From Tubiluchus corallicola (lineage: Eukaryota > Animalia > Priapulida): 14,427 bases of DNA. The translations under genes and the position numbers were made by a program. The notes beneath the pieces were generated by a model, which had not been told where the DNA came from, searched no databases, and saw nothing but the letters and a program-made list of their open reading frames with translations. Every line of letters begins with the position of its first letter. The first letter of the stretch is position 1. Shown here piece after piece: positions 9,941-14,427 of this stretch. The stretch is from NCBI GenBank assembly GCA_030141605.1, contig JAQGDQ010002116.1, positions 1-14,427 on the forward strand, read 5' to 3'.

Positions 9941-10112
9941 TGAACAATGTTGACAAATATTTGTCTTTGAACAATGCTGACAAATATTTGTTTTTGAACA
10001 ATGTTGACAAATATTTGTTTTTGAACAATGTTGACAAATATTTGCTTTTGAACAATGTTGCACAATGTTGACAAATATTTGTTTTTGAACAATGTTGACA
10101 AATATTTGTTTT
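9941..10112. repeat. 27-bp minisatellite, ~6 copies
   Basis: Unit TGAACAATGTTGACAAATATTTGTTTT, containing the palindrome ACAAATATTTGT. One copy is interrupted near 10060. Confidence 0.94.
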
Positions 10113-10508
10113 TGGTATGGAGCAAAGATCTAGAAATACTAACAATTGTTTGTAACCTAATAAATAAAATGTTTTGTGAATAGGAGGAAGCCATATAATT
10201 TTGTATTTATAAAATTGGATTGTTAGTTTTAGTGTGTTGAATGTTTATGTGAAGTTGGGTTGATGACATACATCAGTGTTTGATGTTGTTTTTGTTTTTT
10301 TGTTTGGTAATGTGCTACCATCTTGTACATACATTTGTTTTGTCTGGTGCTTTGTAATTAATGACCGTATAATTTTGTTACTGTATTTTCACCCAGTAAA
10401 TTATAAATGACTGTAAAACATCATATGCCCAGAGTACCAATCTCAATGTGGTTAGTTACACAGTGAATGAAACGATTGGAAAATGATGGTGGTGACTTCG
10501 GCTTGATG

Positions 10509-10559
10509 CTATAATTCTTCGAAGAAAGCAACTCGACTCTTCGTTGATCCTGCTTTGAT
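10509..10559 (-). CDS. NF2: Merlin (neurofibromin-2), last coding exon
   Basis: Acceptor gtgtttcag|ATC, phase 0. Encodes IKAGSTKSRVAFFEEL*, matching the 16-aa Merlin isoform-1 C-terminus (human LTLQSAKSRVAFFEEL) and unlike the ERM ending (IDEFEAM/L). Confidence 0.95.
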   Translation of the reverse strand: MKAGSTKSRVAFFEEL

Positions 10560-10713
10560 CTGAAACACGCAATATGGGAAGAAACGTTTACCTTCAACAG
10601 GATAGTGTAAACGCTTGCCAAAGCTACGAAGAGTTGGCAAAAATATGGCAGTCTCTAATATGCTAAAATGCTTGATACCTTCACTGCTTGCCCCCTTTCA
10701 GTCTCCACTGTTA

Positions 10714-10912
10714 CAGTGATGTGAATCGATTATCGTTTTATCAAGGAAAAATCGTTTTTTCATCGATTTTCAAAACGATACAAAACAAAATCAATTTCTT
10801 TTCTATTATCGGATCCGTGAAATAAATGATTATCACCACAGAATATTGATGCTATCGGAACATCGATATCGAAATCTCTGTGTGTGATTTGAGCGATTAT
10901 TTGTGTGCCCTA
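10714..10912. mobile_element. ATCGAT-rich, possibly hAT-derived remnant in the last Merlin intron
   Basis: Starts CAGTGATGTGAATCGATTATCG and ends CGATTATTTGTGTGCCCTA, with many ATCG/CGAT motifs. The ends are not good mutual inverted repeats. Confidence 0.25.
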
Positions 10913-10990
10913 GCAACAATAAACAATATTGAGAACCTAGCAACAATAAACAATATTGAGAACCTAGCAACAATAAACAATATTGAGAAC
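10910..10990. repeat. 27-bp tandem repeat x3
   Basis: CTAGCAACAATAAACAATATTGAGAAC, three copies. Confidence 0.95.
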
Positions 10991-11438
10991 AATAGTTGCT
11001 TTGGACATTAAGAGATGGCTTGTTAGTGTACATAGATAAACTTTCTTTTATTAACGGTTGCTAAGTGTATTACAGAAACACGACAAAAAACAAGGGCTAA
11101 TTTTAATAGCGATTTTCTCAAGGTTATGTTTTTCATGGTGCAACCTGTACCTCAACTTCAATGTGGATTATCTCAGCTTAGAAATAACATAGAGTGACGA
11201 ACTTGGTATCAAAATGATCCTCATGAAATGGAGATTCGGGATACGTGAATAGAAAAGCTTAGTTGTCGACTTACGGACAATTTTGCTATGCAAGCACACA
11301 TCACATCTGGAAAGCACTTGCTTGTGGTGCAAAGAGATATGGAAAAAATGGCGTACAGCAAATTCAATCATATCATGCAAATACTAATAGTGCGCATAAA
11401 TTTACTCTAAAAGCCAGCAACGAATTACACAATCTTAC

Positions 11439-11598
11439 CTTGTTCAAGGTAGTATACTTGTTTTCACCCTTGTTAGAACTTTCCTCATGCAGACGGTCCA
11501 TGCTTGTCTGACGATCTTCCATCTTCAATGTCTCTATCTCCGATTTGAGGTCGTTTAGTTGAATTTGCAGGTGTTTGCTCCGTTCAAAGTATTCAACC
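11439..11598 (-). CDS. NF2: Merlin (neurofibromin-2), penultimate coding exon (equivalent to human exon 15)
   Basis: Acceptor cttttctctctag|G, donor AAG|GTAAGA, 160 nt, phase 2-0. Encodes VEYFERSKHLQIQLNDLKSEIETLKMEDRQTSMDRLHEESSNKGENKYTTLNK, similar to human [44 protein letters not shown]. Confidence 0.95.
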
Positions 11599-14360
11599 CT
11601 AGAGAGAAAAGCAGGCTGTGATAAGTCAAGATAGCAAGACGAATTTCAAGATGGCTATTCAACCCTAGAGAGAAAAGTAGGCTGTGATAAGTCAAGATAG
11701 CAAAACGAATTTCAACATGGCTATTCAACCCTAGAGAGAAAAGCATGCCGTGATAAGTCAAGATAGCAAAACGAATTTCAACATGGCTATTCAACCCTAG
11801 AGAGAAAAGCAGGCTGTGATAAGTCAAGATAGCAAAACGAATTTCAACATGGCTATTCAACCCTAGAGAGAAAAGCAGGCTGTGATAAGTCAAGATAGCA
11901 AAACGAATTTCAACATGGCTATTCAACCCTAGAGAGAAAAGCAGGCTGTGATAAGTGAAGATAGCAAAACGAATTTCAACATGGCTATTCAACCCTAGAG
12001 AGAAAAGCATGCTGTGACAAGTGAAGATAGCAAAACGAATTTCAACATGGCTATTCAACCCTAGAGAGAAAAGCAGGCTGTGATAAGTCAAGATAGCAAA
12101 ACGAATTTCAACATGGCTATTCAACCCTAGAGAGAAAAGCAGGCTGTGATAAGTCAAGATAGCAAAACGAATTTCAACATGGCTATTCAACCCTAGAGAG
12201 AAAAGCAGGCTGTGATAAGTGAAGATAGCAAAACGAATTTCAACATGGCTATTCAACCCTAGAGAGAAAAGCATGCTGTGACAAGTGAAGATAGCAAAAC
12301 GAATTTCAACATGGCTATTCAACCCTAGAGAGAAAAGCAGGCTGTGATAAGTCAAGATAGCAAAACGAATTTCAACATGGCTATTCAACCCTAGAGAGAA
12401 AAGCAGGCTGTGATAAGTCAAGATAGCAAAACGAATTTCAACATGGCTATTCAACCCTAGAGAGAAAAGCAGGCTGTGATAAGTGAAGATATCAAAACGA
12501 ATTTCAACATGGCTATTCAACCCTAGAGAGAAAAGCATGCTGTGACAAGTGAAGATAGCAAAACGAATTTCAACATGGCTATTCAACCCTAGAGAGAAAA
12601 GCAGGCTGTGATAAGTCAAGATAGCAAAACGAATTTCAACATGGCTATTCAACCCTAGAGAGAAAAGCAGGCTGTGATAAGTCAAGATAGCAAAACGAAT
12701 TTCAACATGGCTATTCAACCCTAGAGAGAAAAGCAGGCTGTGATAAGTGAAGATAGCAAAACGAATTTCAACATGGCTATTCAACCCTAGAGAGAAAAGC
12801 AGCTGTGACAAGTGAAGATAGCAAAACGAATTTCAACATGGCTATTCAACCCTAGAGAGAAAAGCAGGCTGTGATAAGTGAAGATAGCAAAACGAATTTC
12901 AACATGGCTATTCAACCCTAGAGAGAAAAACATGCTGTGATAAGTGAAGATAGCAAAACGAATTTCAACATGGCTATTCAACCCTAGAGAGAAAAGCAGG
13001 CTGTGATAAGTGAAGATAGCAAAACGAATTTCAACATGGCTATTCAACCCTAGAGAGAAAAGCAGGCTGTGATAAGTGAAGATAGCAAAACAAATTTCAA
13101 CATGGCTATTCAACCCTAGATAGAAAAGCATGCTGTGACAAGTGAAGATAGCAAAACGAATTTCAAGATGGCTATTCAACCCTAGAGAGAAAAGCAGGCT
13201 TTGATAAGTGAAGATAGCTAAACGAATTTCAAGATGGCTATTCAACCCTAGAGAGAAAAGCGGGCTGTGATAAGTGAAGATAGCAAAACGAATTTCAAGA
13301 TGGCTATTCAACCCTAGAGAGAAAAGCATGCTGTGACAAGTGAAGATAGCAAAACGAATTTCAAGATGGCTATTCAACCCTAGAGAGAAAAGCAGGCTTT
13401 GATAAGTGAAGATAGCTAAACGAATTTCAAGATGGCTATTCAACCCTAGAGAGAAAAGCAGGCTGTGATAAGTGAAGATAGCAAAACGAATTTCAACATG
13501 GCTATTCAACCCTAGAGAGAAAAACATGCTGTGATAAGTCAAGATAGCAAAACGAATTTCAAGATGGCTATTCAACCCTAGAGAGAAAAGCAGGCTTTGA
13601 TAAGTGAAGATACCAAAATGAATTTCAAGATGGCTATTCAACCCTAGAGAGAAAAGCAGGCTTTGATAAGTGAAGATAGTAAAACGAATTTCAAGATGGC
13701 TATTCAACCCTAGAGAGAAAAGCAGGCTTTGATAAGTGAAGATAGCTAAACGAATTTCAAGATGGCTATTCAACCCTAGAGAGAAAAGCAGGCTTTGATA
13801 AGTGAAGATAGTAAAACGAATTTCAAGATGGCTATTCAACCCTAGAGAGAAAAGCAGGCTTTGATAAGTGAAGATAGCTAAACGAATTTCAAGATGGCTA
13901 TTCAACCCTAGAGAGAAAAGCATGCCATGACAAGTCAAGATAGCAAAATGAATTTCAAGATGGCTATTCAACCCTAGAGAGAAAAACATGCTGTGATAAG
14001 TCAAGATAGCAAAACGAATTTCAAGATGGCTATTCAACCCTAGAGAGAAAAACATGCTGTGATAAGTGAAGATAGCTAAACGAATTTCAAGATGGCTATT
14101 CAACCCTAGAGAGAAAAACATGCTGTGACAAGTGAAGATAGCAAAACGAATTTCAACATGGCTATTCAACCCTAGAGAGAAAAGCAGGCTTTGATAAGTG
14201 AAGATAGCTAAACGAATTTCAAGATGGCTATTCAACCCTAGAGAGAAAAGCATGCCATGACAAGTCAAGATAGCAAAATGAATTTCAAGATGGCTATTCA
14301 ACCCTAGAGAGAAAAGCATGCTGTCACAAGTGAAGATAGCAAAACGAATTTCAAGATGGC
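11590..14360 (-). repeat. 66-bp satellite, 42 copies, built from the Merlin intron/exon junction
   Basis: Unit on -: GCCATSTTGAAATTCGTTTTGCTATCTTSACTTATCACAGCCTGCTTTTCTCTCTAG|GGTTGAATA. Length 2771 = 42x66 - 1 (1-nt deletion near 12801). The last unit overlaps the real exon start. Confidence 0.97.
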
Positions 14361-14427
14361 GAGGAAAATTTCCAGTTTGGTTCCTACGTTTTCGCGCAAC
14401 TGTCTGATGACTATTTAGCACCAAGAA

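Noticed and set aside
10421-10621. 66-aa ORF overlapping the last Merlin exon, with AAG|GTAAAC at ~10591
   Set aside because: Wrong frame, and the implied intron would be only ~32 nt.
11590-14360. CRISPR-array interpretation of the tandem arrays (also 1-1562)
   Set aside because: No unique spacers, no cas genes, and spliceosomal-intron eukaryotic context.
11590-14360. Recursive-splicing (AG|GT) ratchet sites
   Set aside because: The junction is AG|GGTTGA, so no donor is regenerated at the acceptor. The nearby GTTGAA is a poor 5' splice site.
11555-14424. 418-aa and 545-aa ORFs with a 22-aa repeat
   Set aside because: By-product of a 66-bp unit lacking stops in one frame. Not the Merlin frame, intronic, and broken by a 1-nt deletion.

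Overview
AT-rich, repeat-dense metazoan (invertebrate-type) genomic DNA; the organism cannot be identified from this window. Two intron-containing genes lie on the minus strand, and the ORF track misses or misreads both. (1) The last two coding exons of Merlin/NF2 (11439-11598 and 10509-10559), ending ...STKSRVAFFEEL*. (2) A complete 3-exon gene for a secreted, probably GPI-anchored Ly6/uPAR (Quiver/Sleepless-like) three-finger protein of 128 aa (5041->1647). Between them are a probable death-effector-domain pseudogene and several non-autonomous elements (hAT and Tc1/mariner MITEs). The Ly6 introns hold a Helentron-like element and a tRNA-derived SINE. The most striking structure is a 2.77 kb satellite (11590-14360) of 42 copies of a 66-bp unit. 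Each unit is the Merlin 3' splice site itself (57 nt intron + first 9 nt of exon). The exon is therefore preceded by 41 decoy acceptors, and each unit junction creates an in-frame TAG. The long ORFs in the track are by-products of tandem repeats. Coordinates were counted by hand; family assignments are from recalled sequences, not database searches.
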